In this document: piece after piece, positions 10,238 through 20,840 of the stretch
How the letters are laid out: each line of letters opens with the position of its first letter
How positions within the stretch are numbered: the stretch's first letter is position 1
DNA from: a bacterium
GTDB lineage: Bacteria; Zhuqueibacterota; Zhuqueibacteria; Residuimicrobiales; Krinioviventaceae
Direction: 5' to 3'
Length of the DNA stretch: 64,000 bases
Assembly (NCBI GenBank): GCA_963693055.1
Contig: OY843751.1
Span: 3,808,001-3,872,000, forward strand
Notes under the pieces: model-generated
Told to the model about the DNA's origin: nothing
The model's database searches: none
Seen by the model: the letters and a program-made list of their open reading frames with translations, nothing else
Position numbers and translations under genes: made by a program

Positions 10238-11194
10238 TTATTCTTTCCAGGCCCCCATCTTGCCGAATTTTTCAACCCGCTGATCTAACAGTTCATTTAC
10301 CGGAATTTTCTCCAGCTCCGCCAGCTCTTCTTTAACAGCTGCTTTTACTATTGCCGCAACCTGATCATAATCGCCATGCGCACCGCCAACAGGCTCTTTG
10401 AGAACACGATCAATAACATTCATCTTTACCAGATCATCCGGCACAACCTTTAGTGACTCTGCCATAATATCTGCCTTTGATGAATCTTTGTACAAAATAG
10501 ACGCACAGCCTTCAGGAGAAATTACCGAATACCAGGTATTCTCTAACATGAGCACACGGTCACCCACACCTATGCCCAACGCTCCACCACTGGCACCCTC
10601 TCCAATAATAACAATAATAATGGGAACAGGTAAATGTGACATCTCAAAAAGATTCCGCGCAATAGCCTCTGCCTGACCACGCTCTTCTGCTCCCAATCCA
10701 GGATACGCTCCAATGGTATCAACAAGCGTTAAAATTGGACGATTAAACTTGGCGGCCATTTGCATTACCCGCAAAGCCTTACGATAACCTTCCGGGTGCG
10801 GCATACCAAAATTTCTGCGCAGTTTTTCTTTTGTCTCGCGGGCTTTTTGATGCCCAATAACTGCTATTGGTGTTCCATCCAGCTTGCCAATACCGGCAAC
10901 AATTGCAGGATCATCTCCATAGGCACGATCACCATGTAGCTCTATAAAATCGGTTAACATACGGTCCACATAATCCAGAGTATAAGGACGTTCCGGGTGC
11001 CGTGCCAACTGAACCCGCTGCCAGCGTGACAATTTGTTATATATATCAAGTTTTAATTTCTGTGCCTTGTTTTCAAGACGTTCAATTTCATTCTTAACTT
11101 CAAGATTCTCATTTACCGAATATTCTTTCAATTCGGCAATTTTTTGTTGAATCTCTACTATGGGACGTTCAAACTCTAATACAAATTTATTCAT
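10238..11194 (-). CDS. accA: Acetyl-CoA carboxylase carboxyltransferase alpha subunit
   Basis: ARHPERPYTLDY, RNFGMPHPEGYRKALR, AEERGQAEAIARNL, YSVISPEGCASIL. Confidence 0.98.
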   Translation of the reverse strand: MNKFVLEFERPIVEIQQKIAELKEYSVNENLEVKNEIERLENKAQKLKLDIYNKLSRWQRVQLARHPERPYTLDYVDRMLTDFIELHGDRAYGDDPAIVAGIGKLDGTPIAVIGHQKARETKEKLRRNFGMPHPEGYRKALRVMQMAAKFNRPILTLVDTIGAYPGLGAEERGQAEAIARNLFEMSHLPVPIIIVIIGEGASGGALGIGVGDRVLMLENTWYSVISPEGCASILYKDSSKADIMAESLKVVPDDLVKMNVIDRVLKEPVGGAHGDYDQVAAIVKAAVKEELAELEKIPVNELLDQRVEKFGKMGAWKE

Positions 11195-11205
11195 AGCCCA
11201 ACCAA

Positions 11206-13281
11206 TTATGGATGTTTGCGTTGTAACAAAGATTTTAATAAAATCTGCATATCAAAAACCATTGAATAATTTTTCAAATAATAAATATTATATTTATTAC
11301 GATCTTTATCGGTTTCCGAGTGGCGATTTATTTGTTCATATCCGGTTATACCGGGTTTCAAAGACAATACTACAGGATTATCCAAATCCGTTTTTCCAGC
11401 TTGAATATCACGCCCTACAAAGCTGATTGTTCCATTTAAAATAGAGCTTAGCCGGGGTAAATATTTCAATAAAATCTTTTTTTCATCATTAAAATGATAC
11501 AATGTATATTCACGATTTGCGGAATAGTAATGGGTTTCCGCAGTTAAACTTTTTCTATTTATCCAGCGCAGCCACGCATACAGTGGCGCGGTAATAATCA
11601 TGAGCAGCAATGCCAAAGTAAAATCAAAAACGCGTTTAACACCGCGATAAAAGTTAATGTGGAGCTTGTAGTCGATATCCACAAACGGTAAATCATCAAT
11701 ATAATCAATAGATGCTTTGCCTATGATCACATCCAGATTACTGGGGACCATTTTAAAACTTACGCCTCCGTTAGAGCCGGCGATTACTGAGAGCATCTTG
11801 TTATAATCGATACGATCAGTAGCAAAAATCACTTCCTGCACTTTTTCCCGACGAATGATCTCATTTATGTGCTGAAACGTTCCCAAAACGGGTAGTCCAG
11901 CAACCTCTTCATACTCCATCTGATTTGTGGTTAAAATTATACCGGTAATATGGTATGAATCCTGAAGATTGGCCTGTATACGATCAACCAGTGCCTTACT
12001 TGCCTGGGCATCTCCCACAATCACAGAACGACGATGCCAGATGGAATCTCCAATCTTGTTCATGACAGAACCAAAAGAACGTCTGGCAAACCACTTTAAC
12101 AGCACCCGCCATCCTGGTAAAAAGACCAGATTCAAGCCACCGGCAACCAGTACAACAAAACGGGAGAATCCCCACTGGTTCAGAAAAAAAGTAAGCGCGC
12201 TGTTTACAACCCATCCCAACAGAACAGCGGACGTACACTTGGAACCTGAATACTTGTATCGGAAATACACACCATGAGCGGTCATGCTGAATATCCAAAC
12301 CACAGTATATAACAAATGTACTTTGAGAAAAGGCAGCCAGGGAAATTCGGGATAAAAGCGAAACAGGATAGCCAGAGAAAGTGACAGGGTCAGGAAAAGG
12401 AAATCAATGCCGGGTAAGATCATATAGCGTATTAACGCACTGAAAAATGCGAGCATGGCCCGTGCTTTAATTGCAGAATTAAGGAACCATGATGGTAAAA
12501 TTGCGTTACTTCCAGAGAAATGCTTGTTAACAAATAAATTCATTGCCTCATAAAACAACTTGCGCTGTGCCAAAGGACTCTTTTTAGAGCTTTCTCCTTT
12601 AAAATGGATGATCTGGGTATCGGGAACATAGTAAATTTTGTATCCTCCCTGACGGATACGATAACACCAGTCCAAATCCTCTCCATACATGAAAAAGTCT
12701 TCATCAAAACCGCCTACCTTGTCAACGGTCTCTTTGCGTACCAGCATAAAAGAACCGGAGATGGCCTCTACCTCGTAAAATTTTTCAGGATCAAGATAGG
12801 TTAAATTGTAACGGCCGAACAACCGGCTTTGAGGGAACAGGTTTGCCAGCCCTGAAATCTTGGTAAAGGCTACCCACGGTGTGGGAAAGCTGCGTCTGCA
12901 GGCAAGTTGCAACGTACCATCAGGATTCAGGATCTTGCAGGTCAGCGCACCTGCATCCGGATATGTGTCAAAGAACGATAACAATGTTGTAAAGGTATCT
13001 TCCTGTACAATGGTATCGGGATTAATGACGCAAAGATAATCGCCCTTACTCTGTTGTATCGCCTGGTTATTGGCTTTACCAAAGCCAAAATTTTCAGTAT
13101 TGGCAATCAGCTTGACATCTGGAAACCGTTTTTCAACCAATTCAACCGTACCGTCAGAAGACGCATTATCAACAACGAAAATTTCGTGTTCAATATTTCG
13201 CAAAGCTTTTTTTAGAGAAGTAATTGCCTGCCCTAAAAAATCGCGTACATTGTAGCTGACTATAATAACTGAAAGTGTCAA
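11206..13281 (-). CDS. GT2 glycosyltransferase fused to membrane/CoA-binding-like and degenerate sugar-transferase domains
   Basis: SVIIVSYN, VVDNASSDGT, NPDT, FDEDFFMYGEDLDWC; TMs; C-terminal KRVFD...KPGITG...YYLKNYS. Confidence 0.85.
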   Translation of the reverse strand: MTLSVIIVSYNVRDFLGQAITSLKKALRNIEHEIFVVDNASSDGTVELVEKRFPDVKLIANTENFGFGKANNQAIQQSKGDYLCVINPDTIVQEDTFTTLLSFFDTYPDAGALTCKILNPDGTLQLACRRSFPTPWVAFTKISGLANLFPQSRLFGRYNLTYLDPEKFYEVEAISGSFMLVRKETVDKVGGFDEDFFMYGEDLDWCYRIRQGGYKIYYVPDTQIIHFKGESSKKSPLAQRKLFYEAMNLFVNKHFSGSNAILPSWFLNSAIKARAMLAFFSALIRYMILPGIDFLFLTLSLSLAILFRFYPEFPWLPFLKVHLLYTVVWIFSMTAHGVYFRYKYSGSKCTSAVLLGWVVNSALTFFLNQWGFSRFVVLVAGGLNLVFLPGWRVLLKWFARRSFGSVMNKIGDSIWHRRSVIVGDAQASKALVDRIQANLQDSYHITGIILTTNQMEYEEVAGLPVLGTFQHINEIIRREKVQEVIFATDRIDYNKMLSVIAGSNGGVSFKMVPSNLDVIIGKASIDYIDDLPFVDIDYKLHINFYRGVKRVFDFTLALLLMIITAPLYAWLRWINRKSLTAETHYYSANREYTLYHFNDEKKILLKYLPRLSSILNGTISFVGRDIQAGKTDLDNPVVLSLKPGITGYEQINRHSETDKDRNKYNIYYLKNYSMVFDMQILLKSLLQRKHP

Positions 13282-13593
13282 ATCAGTCCTGTCGGGTTTC
13301 CGTTTAAATCACAGTGTCAAACTTATTAAAAATAAAAAACAATACCAAACAATTTCTGAATGATTTTCATTTTTTGCATTCACTAATTTAGCATATATTG
13401 AGGTAAAATACAACCGTGGAATTGTAAAATTACAGTAAAGGGAAAAAGTGATAAATATAAAATCCAGATCTGTAATATAAAAAGGATTTGTATGTTTGCA
13501 CCATTTTCTTCTCGTTCCGGGGCTTTGACATGGTACGATCTTTTAATTCATGATCCCAAGGCTTTGCCTTGGGATCAATCATAAGAACATCTC

Positions 13594-16500
13594 TTATTTT
13601 AAATACAATGCTTTCTGAATCTGCTGAAACCCTTCCGTATCCATCTTTATGAAATAAGTTCCAGACGGATGGTCTTGCGCGTTCCACTGAATTTCATAAA
13701 CACCGGGATTACTTGAACCATTATAGAGCGTCTCAATCAATTGTCCATTTATATTATAGATAGAGATTGTGACATCTGCAACTCTCGGTACAGAATACCG
13801 GAAGCGGGTCTGCGGATTAAAGGGATTGGGATAATTTTGACTCAATTCAAATGATACAGGCACCAGATCATCCAGGATACGGGTAGCAGCAAAAGAGGTT
13901 CTGAATGCAAAGGGACGCTCACATAGCGTTCTTGCTCCTTCACTATCAATCGCTTCAACCTGCCAATAATAAAGAGAGTCTGCTATCAATCCGTCTTTGA
14001 CAGTATAAAACGTATCAACAAGCGTTTCATTTAAAACAATATTGGTAAAATCAAGATCATCTGAAAAAGATATTTTATAAATAACCGAATCTCCGTCAGC
14101 ATCGTTTGCGCGCTGCCAGTTAAATTGATAATTGAGGGTATCTAGCTGAATGTTATTAGCAGGATCCAACAAACTAAAGGAACCGGGTGCATGGTTAACA
14201 TCTGGCTCTAACGCAATATTGTGAACCAACACTTCATCTATTGTTCCCGGGAAAAAACTGCTGTAATACGCATTCGAGCCACCAATCACGACAGGACTTG
14301 AATTGGTAGAGAGCAAGCGATTTTCCCTGTAACTTGAATCCAGTTGGTTATTAATATAAATTTTCACATTATCATCATCAGCATCATAATCGTATGTAAC
14401 CATTATTTCATACCATTCCCCACTTACCCAGTATGATTGTTTGCTCTCAAAAATAGCAACACTGTTGTTTCCATATTGAATCATAAACCGCAAGCGTCCG
14501 TTCTCCCGGTTAAATCGTAATACATAGCCGCTCGTATTATCCGTTTTGGACAAGAGATCATAAAAGCTATAGCTACCTGTGGGTAAAATATCAGCCCGCA
14601 TTTTTACGGCCATTTTCAAAGTTAAACCTGTATTTAAACTCAACTCTGAACCGGCAAAGTCAGGTACAGAGACATAATCATTAGAACCATCAAACTTTAT
14701 TGCACTTCCCAGGTATCCATACTGTGTCCACCCACTAGTAGAGGTGGCGTCTTGCCAATCAAGATTATCAAACCTCATCAGTTGACCGTTGAATCTCGTA
14801 TCTCCCTGAAAATTCACAGCAACATCTCCACTGATTTCTTCAAATGGAAAATACAAGATAGCATTCACAAAATCCGGAGTTTCGATTTTAACAACATTAG
14901 ACAATGGCGAATATTGATCCACCTCATCTCTGACCTTGAGCGCAAAATAATAAATACTATTCGGTTGCAGGTCTGTAATTCGAACACTTTGCAATGTCCC
15001 TGGAGTAAGCGGGACAGGTAATGAATCTTTAACAGCTACGGCAGAGCTCCAATTTGCTTCGGTTATACTTTCTTTGAGATATCTGATTTCATATTCTTCG
15101 GCCACACCCTGGTCATCATTATCACCGGATGCGGTCCAGGTAAATGTAGCAAAAGTTGAAGCCGTGTTAACCGCCTCAAAATCATCCACAGCACCGGGAG
15201 CAACATTATCCGTCACGTTTAATGTTAATGGTACCACGATCTCAGAATTTTCCAAATCATTACTTGTAACGCTCAAATACCCTGTATGCTCGCCAGCATC
15301 TACTCGGGTAGCATCAATTGTCATGTTAACCTGATCCACCTGATTATTTTCAACCAGACCACCATTTGATTCAAGTGAACACCAGTATAATGACCCAAAG
15401 GCCGCATAATGAATTGCATTATATACAAACTGCATATCCTCAACATCAACATTTCCCGAATATGAATTAATTTCGGGTAAACTGGAATGGTAAACACGAT
15501 TTTGTTTAGTAATGACTGCGGTTCTCTTGTCAGTAGAAATAGCAAGCAATTCTCCATCAACAATAGCCGTTTCCCAATTTGTATCGGGATAGGGAGACAC
15601 CGTAGAGCCTGAATATGAAACAGCAAAGGGGGATTGTATATCTTTCCACAGCAGGTGAGAAGGATCACTGATATAAACCGGCCTTGGATTCGTGTTGCCC
15701 CAAATATACCCCAAAGAGGGATCAAGCCCTACAAGTGGAGCCAGGTACTGCACCTGGTATCGGGTAGCAGTCTCGTAATAATTATTAAATGTTGCTGCTG
15801 ATATATATAATCCATGGCCATTTTCAACATATTTAACAATTGCCTTGCATTCATTTTCAGTTAAAGTACCTCCATTACTCATATTAACAGAGACAATTAA
15901 AACATCTGCATCGAGTTGTTCCAAATCGGCAAAAGTAAATGCATTCCTCAAACTATTGTAATCTATGATGATTTCTTTGTCACCATAATTATTCCAGTTT
16001 TGATTTAAATGGTCCCAGCAACGGATTACATCAGAAAAATTTGTTCCACCACCTCTTACCACAGCAACACGAATGAGGTTATTATCATTTATTTCATTAT
16101 TATTAAAATCAAACACCTCTGGTTCTACAGGAGATAATTTTGATGGACTCTGGTTCAAAAGTGTTCCTGTCAATGTATTTCGCGCATCCAATTCGTATGC
16201 TGCATAGTTGTAATTTGCCTGTAAAATTTCTGATACAGAAAGATATGTAGGATATTGCCTTTCCACGTGTCCATTTATCCCGTTTTCGGAAGGAATTTGA
16301 GCTGAGAGTTTTAGACTGTAATCTAACATACCCGGACCGCTGTTGGTAATAGATATGGTTTCGGTTTTACTTGCCCCTTCGACCAAATCTACAGTCAATT
16401 CCTGGGGTTTGACTGAAATTGAGGGTCCCAGAACCGTTACCGTTGAGGGTATTACAAATTCCGGGGTATCAGGATCATTACTTCTCACAACAAGATCTGC

Positions 16501-17151
16501 TTTATGTTCCTGTATAGCCAAAGACGTTGCATCAAAAGTCACCTGGATAGTGTCGGATTGGCTGGCCGGCAATTCGCCTATCACTTTTGAAAAAGACATC
16601 CAGTCAGATGTACCGTTTGTTACCAAACGTACGGTATGTTTATTCATATAACCGGATCCCACACTTGAACTATTAATAATATAAATTATCAAAAATTCAT
16701 CTGCAGTATATCTTGCCATATCTTCTTTACTAATCGTTATTCTGTTTACAATATCAACACCGTCACCAGAATTGGGTTCCGGCAACTGTCCCCATAGTTC
16801 TCCATCCAGATATAACGTAGCAAATTCAGAGCTGCTGCCATAATCGCCATTAATGGTAATAATCAAAGTTGCCTCAACGTTAACAACTCCTAAATGAAAA
16901 TAATGAATAGTAGAATCTTGAGAAGCATTAAAGGTTTGAAAGCTTGTAGAATCATACCCCACAGGTAACTGCCATTCCAAATCAGCATCACCTTTGTTTT
17001 GAATAATCATGGACTTTTCCAATTCCTGGCCAAATGATATTTCTTCAACAAATTCCTTTGGCGTCACATCAATATCAGGTTCCTGACCAAACAATACATT
17101 TCCGGAAAACATTATTATTCCAACGAATATCAATAGGATGCGGTTTTTCAT
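13594..17151 (-). CDS. Large secreted multidomain protein (Ig-like, GATase-like, FN3, LamG, T9SS-type C-terminal sorting domain)
   Basis: Signal peptide, SNDPD Ig-like repeats, FN3 (TWTASGD...YYFALKVRDE), LamG (FDGSNDYV...FPGTIDEV), LSQNYPNPFNP C-terminus. Confidence 0.8.
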   Translation of the reverse strand: MKNRILLIFVGIIMFSGNVLFGQEPDIDVTPKEFVEEISFGQELEKSMIIQNKGDADLEWQLPVGYDSTSFQTFNASQDSTIHYFHLGVVNVEATLIITINGDYGSSSEFATLYLDGELWGQLPEPNSGDGVDIVNRITISKEDMARYTADEFLIIYIINSSSVGSGYMNKHTVRLVTNGTSDWMSFSKVIGELPASQSDTIQVTFDATSLAIQEHKADLVVRSNDPDTPEFVIPSTVTVLGPSISVKPQELTVDLVEGASKTETISITNSGPGMLDYSLKLSAQIPSENGINGHVERQYPTYLSVSEILQANYNYAAYELDARNTLTGTLLNQSPSKLSPVEPEVFDFNNNEINDNNLIRVAVVRGGGTNFSDVIRCWDHLNQNWNNYGDKEIIIDYNSLRNAFTFADLEQLDADVLIVSVNMSNGGTLTENECKAIVKYVENGHGLYISAATFNNYYETATRYQVQYLAPLVGLDPSLGYIWGNTNPRPVYISDPSHLLWKDIQSPFAVSYSGSTVSPYPDTNWETAIVDGELLAISTDKRTAVITKQNRVYHSSLPEINSYSGNVDVEDMQFVYNAIHYAAFGSLYWCSLESNGGLVENNQVDQVNMTIDATRVDAGEHTGYLSVTSNDLENSEIVVPLTLNVTDNVAPGAVDDFEAVNTASTFATFTWTASGDNDDQGVAEEYEIRYLKESITEANWSSAVAVKDSLPVPLTPGTLQSVRITDLQPNSIYYFALKVRDEVDQYSPLSNVVKIETPDFVNAILYFPFEEISGDVAVNFQGDTRFNGQLMRFDNLDWQDATSTSGWTQYGYLGSAIKFDGSNDYVSVPDFAGSELSLNTGLTLKMAVKMRADILPTGSYSFYDLLSKTDNTSGYVLRFNRENGRLRFMIQYGNNSVAIFESKQSYWVSGEWYEIMVTYDYDADDDNVKIYINNQLDSSYRENRLLSTNSSPVVIGGSNAYYSSFFPGTIDEVLVHNIALEPDVNHAPGSFSLLDPANNIQLDTLNYQFNWQRANDADGDSVIYKISFSDDLDFTNIVLNETLVDTFYTVKDGLIADSLYYWQVEAIDSEGARTLCERPFAFRTSFAATRILDDLVPVSFELSQNYPNPFNPQTRFRYSVPRVADVTISIYNINGQLIETLYNGSSNPGVYEIQWNAQDHPSGTYFIKMDTEGFQQIQKALYLK

Positions 17152-17367
17152 ACTCCCTCCTTTTCAGTTAAACCACTAGATATTATAAACTGCATCTTTT
17201 TAAAAATGGATTTAAAAATCAGGTATCCCCTTTTTTCCACCCATAGAATAAAGTTACAAAATCCTGACTCATAATGCAAGATTTATAAAAATCCCTATTT
17301 TTCAGATTTTGATAAAAAGATAGATGGAGATTCCCCCCCCTTAAAATGCGTATCCTCTATCTTTTTT

Positions 17368-17435
17368 CTCGTTCGCGAACTCTGACCTGGAACGATCTTT
17401 TAATTGTCGGCCCCAAGGCAGAGCCTTGGAACCAG
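17368..17435. repeat. Degenerate REP/REPIN-like pair of imperfect inverted palindromes
   Basis: CTCGTTCGCGAACTCTGACCTGGAACGA and an imperfect inverted partner containing perfect hairpin CCAAGGC-AGA-GCCTTGG. Confidence 0.45.
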
Positions 17436-17534
17436 AATAAAATCCAAACCTGTAATACAAAAATGATTTGCATATATGAGCCATTTTTAATATTATTAGC
17501 TTTCCCCTATTACATATTTCAGGACCAGACTATC

Positions 17535-20500
17535 ATGAATGAACATTTGAACCTGTATTTAACAAACATCAAAAAACGATATCAATCCGGCATTTCAACA
17601 GAGCACAGCTATAGAGGTGACCTGCAAACATTGATTGAAGCGCTAGTACCTGGTGTATTGGCAACCAACGAACCCACCCGTATTGCTTGCGGTGCGCCGG
17701 ACCTGATTATAACCCGCAAACAAATCCCCATAGGCTATATTGAAGCCAAAGATATTGGCAAACCGCTTGATAGTAAAGAATTCAAATCTCAATTTGACAG
17801 ATACCGCAAATCCCTCCCCAATTTGATAATAACCGATTATCTAGATTTCTGGTTATTTATCAATGGCGAACTGGTAACTACTGTACAAATTGGTTATGTA
17901 AGGGATAAAAAACTCTTTATCGAAACTGATAAACTGGACCGCTTTATAGACATAATGCAGGAATTTTGCACCCGTGAAGGCCAAACTATAACCTCTGCAT
18001 CAAAACTGTCAAAGATGATGGCGGCAAAGGCACGTTTATTGTCTCAGGTAATTGAAAACGCTTTAAACAGTGACGAAGAAAACAAACAGGACAGCTCACT
18101 CAAGGCGCAATTAAAGGCATTTCAAGACGTGCTGATTCATGACATTAACTCCAAAGAATTTGCAGATATTTACGCGCAAACTATTGCGTACGGCATGTTT
18201 GCCGCGCGCTTGCATGACCCCACACTGGAAGACTTTAGCAGACAAGAGGCCGCTGAACTAATACCCAAATCCAACCCCTTTTTGCGAAAACTGTTTCAAT
18301 ACATTGCCGGCTATGATCTGGATGACCGTATTAAATGGATTGTTGACGCACTTGCGGATATTTTCAGGGCAACAGATGTTGCAGCGCTGCTGAAAAATTT
18401 TGGCAAAACCACTCAGCAAAATGATCCCATGATCCATTTTTACGAGACGTTCCTGTCCGAATATGATCCCAAATTGCGTAAAAGCCGCGGTGTGTGGTAT
18501 ACTCCGGAACCGGTGGTAAACTTTATTGTAAGAGCGGTTGACGATATTTTAAAAACAGAATTTAACCTGCCGCAGGGACTTGCAGACACTTCTAAAACCA
18601 CCATTGAAGTAGACACGGATGTTAAAGATAAGCGCTCTTCTACCGGATACAAACGTGAAAAAGTAGAGGTGCACAAGGTACAGATACTGGACCCCGCCGC
18701 CGGTACGGGTACGTTTCTTGCCGAGGTCATTAAACAGATCTATAAAAAGTTTGAGGGCCAGCAGGGCATCTGGAGCAATTATGTGGATGACCACCTTATA
18801 CCCCGTGTGAATGGATTTGAACTGCTGATGGCCTCTTATGCTATGGCACATTTAAAACTGGAACTGCTGTTAAAAGAAACCGGGTATGTGGCTAAAAAAG
18901 AACAAAGATTACGGGTATTTCTCACCAATTCACTGGAAGAGCACCACCCCGATACCGGTACACTGTTTGCCAACTGGCTCTCTACCGAAGCCAACGAAGC
19001 CAATTATATCAAACGCGATACCCCGGTGATGGTGGTTTTGGGAAACCCGCCGTATAGTGGAGAAAGCCAAAACAAAGGTGACTGGATTATGCACCTGATG
19101 CAAGATTATAAAAAAGAACCTGGTGGTAAAGAAAAACTAAAGGAAAAAAATCCAAAGTGGCTAAATGATGATTATGTAAAGTTTATAAGATACAGTCAAT
19201 ACTTTATTGAAAAAAATGGAGAAGGTATTCTAGCATTTATCAATCCACATGGATTTTTGGACAATCCAACCTTTAGAGGGATGCGTTGGAATTTATTAAA
19301 AGCCTATGATACAATTTATACTATTGATCTTCATGGAAATAGTAAAAAAAAGGAAATTTCTCCAAATGGTTCCCCAGATGTAAATATTTTTGATATACAA
19401 CAAGGTGTCTCAATTAATATATTCATAAAAACAGGAAAGAAAAAACCAAATGAATTAGCAAAAATTTATCATAAGGATCTGTATGGGGAAAGAGATTTTA
19501 AATATAACTATTTATGGCAAAATTCATTAAAAACCATACTTTTTCAGGCATTACAACATAAAGAACCTATGTACTTTATGACAAAAAAAGATTTAAAAAC
19601 TGAAACAATCTATAGAAATGGATTCTCCATTTATAATCTTTTCAAACTATGTAGTGTTGGAATTGTTACTGCTAGGGATAAATTCACAATACACGATACT
19701 CAAAAAGAAGTTGAAGAAACAATACGAGAATTTCAAAAACTTGCAGATGAAGAAGCACGGGAAAAATTTAAATTAGGAAAAGATGTTAGAGATTGGAAAG
19801 TAGAATATGCTAGAAAAGATTTAACAACAAATTACCCTAAAAAAGGGAAATTTGTTAAAATAGCTTATCGTCCATTTGAAACTAAGTGGACTTTTTACAC
19901 GGGAAAATCAAAAGGATTTCATTGTTATCCTAGGAACGATATAATGAAACATTTCTTAATTAAAGAAAACATTGGTTTAGTATTCAGCAAACAAATTAAA
20001 GCTTTTAATAATTATCAACATTGCTTTATTGTAAAAAGTATTTTTGAATCGACAATTGTGTCAAATAAAACAAGTGAAATATCATATGGTTTCCCTTTAT
20101 TTCGATATGAAACAAATAATAATGAACTTTTTGGTACAGATAAATCAGACAACTTTAATAAAAACATTCTAGAGGAATTTCAAAATAGAATAAAACTAGA
20201 TTATGAAATAAATAAAACAATAAAAAATAATACTTTTACTCCTTTAGATATTCTTGACTATATCTATGCCGTTCTTCACTCCCCCGCCTATCGCGAAAAG
20301 TATAAAGAATTTTTGAAAATTGATTTCCCCCGTGTGCCCTACCCAAAAGACAAAGATACGTTTTGGGCGCTGGTCAAGCTGGGTAGTGTATTACGTGGTC
20401 TGCATTTAATGGAATCTCCTGTTTTAGATAAATTTATTACCGGGTATCCGGTTGACGGCAGCAACACGGTCACGCGCCGTATAACTCGAAAAGATTATGA

Positions 20501-20741
20501 ACTGGATGAACAATCTCAATCAGGCCGGGTTTGGATCAATGATGAACAATATTTTGAAGGTGTTCCGCTTTTGGCGTGGGAGTTTTACATTGGCGGTTAC
20601 CAACCGGCTCAGAAATGGCTCAAAGACAGACACGGCAGAACGTTGACCTTTGATGACATACAACATTATCAAAAGATCATAGTCGCCCTGACAGAAACCC
20701 ATCGCATAATGCAGGAAATTGACAAGATAGATTTTATGTAA
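17535..20741 (+). CDS. Fused restriction endonuclease / N6-adenine methyltransferase / TRD (Type IIG/IIL-like with ISP-type specificity domain)
   Basis: N-terminal PD...EAK nuclease (GAPDLIITRKQIPIGYIEAKD), motif I ILDPAAGTGTFL, motif IV GNPPY, C-terminal YIYAVLHSPAYREKY...DFPRVP and IGGYQPAQKWLKDR. Start placed at MNEHL rather than 17346. Confidence 0.85.
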   Translation: MNEHLNLYLTNIKKRYQSGISTEHSYRGDLQTLIEALVPGVLATNEPTRIACGAPDLIITRKQIPIGYIEAKDIGKPLDSKEFKSQFDRYRKSLPNLIITDYLDFWLFINGELVTTVQIGYVRDKKLFIETDKLDRFIDIMQEFCTREGQTITSASKLSKMMAAKARLLSQVIENALNSDEENKQDSSLKAQLKAFQDVLIHDINSKEFADIYAQTIAYGMFAARLHDPTLEDFSRQEAAELIPKSNPFLRKLFQYIAGYDLDDRIKWIVDALADIFRATDVAALLKNFGKTTQQNDPMIHFYETFLSEYDPKLRKSRGVWYTPEPVVNFIVRAVDDILKTEFNLPQGLADTSKTTIEVDTDVKDKRSSTGYKREKVEVHKVQILDPAAGTGTFLAEVIKQIYKKFEGQQGIWSNYVDDHLIPRVNGFELLMASYAMAHLKLELLLKETGYVAKKEQRLRVFLTNSLEEHHPDTGTLFANWLSTEANEANYIKRDTPVMVVLGNPPYSGESQNKGDWIMHLMQDYKKEPGGKEKLKEKNPKWLNDDYVKFIRYSQYFIEKNGEGILAFINPHGFLDNPTFRGMRWNLLKAYDTIYTIDLHGNSKKKEISPNGSPDVNIFDIQQGVSINIFIKTGKKKPNELAKIYHKDLYGERDFKYNYLWQNSLKTILFQALQHKEPMYFMTKKDLKTETIYRNGFSIYNLFKLCSVGIVTARDKFTIHDTQKEVEETIREFQKLADEEAREKFKLGKDVRDWKVEYARKDLTTNYPKKGKFVKIAYRPFETKWTFYTGKSKGFHCYPRNDIMKHFLIKENIGLVFSKQIKAFNNYQHCFIVKSIFESTIVSNKTSEISYGFPLFRYETNNNELFGTDKSDNFNKNILEEFQNRIKLDYEINKTIKNNTFTPLDILDYIYAVLHSPAYREKYKEFLKIDFPRVPYPKDKDTFWALVKLGSVLRGLHLMESPVLDKFITGYPVDGSNTVTRRITRKDYELDEQSQSGRVWINDEQYFEGVPLLAWEFYIGGYQPAQKWLKDRHGRTLTFDDIQHYQKIIVALTETHRIMQEIDKIDFM

Positions 20742-20840
20742 TTCATATACCAAACTCTTTTGGTTCAAGTATTCAATTATTTTAAAAAAGTCACTATTCA
20801 TTCACAAATACGATACGACTAAAACAGACATGGAGACGCT

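Noticed and set aside
17346-17534. N-terminal extension of the R-M ORF
   Set aside because: It crosses the REP-like element and AT-rich intergenic DNA; the recognisable protein starts at MNEHL (17535).
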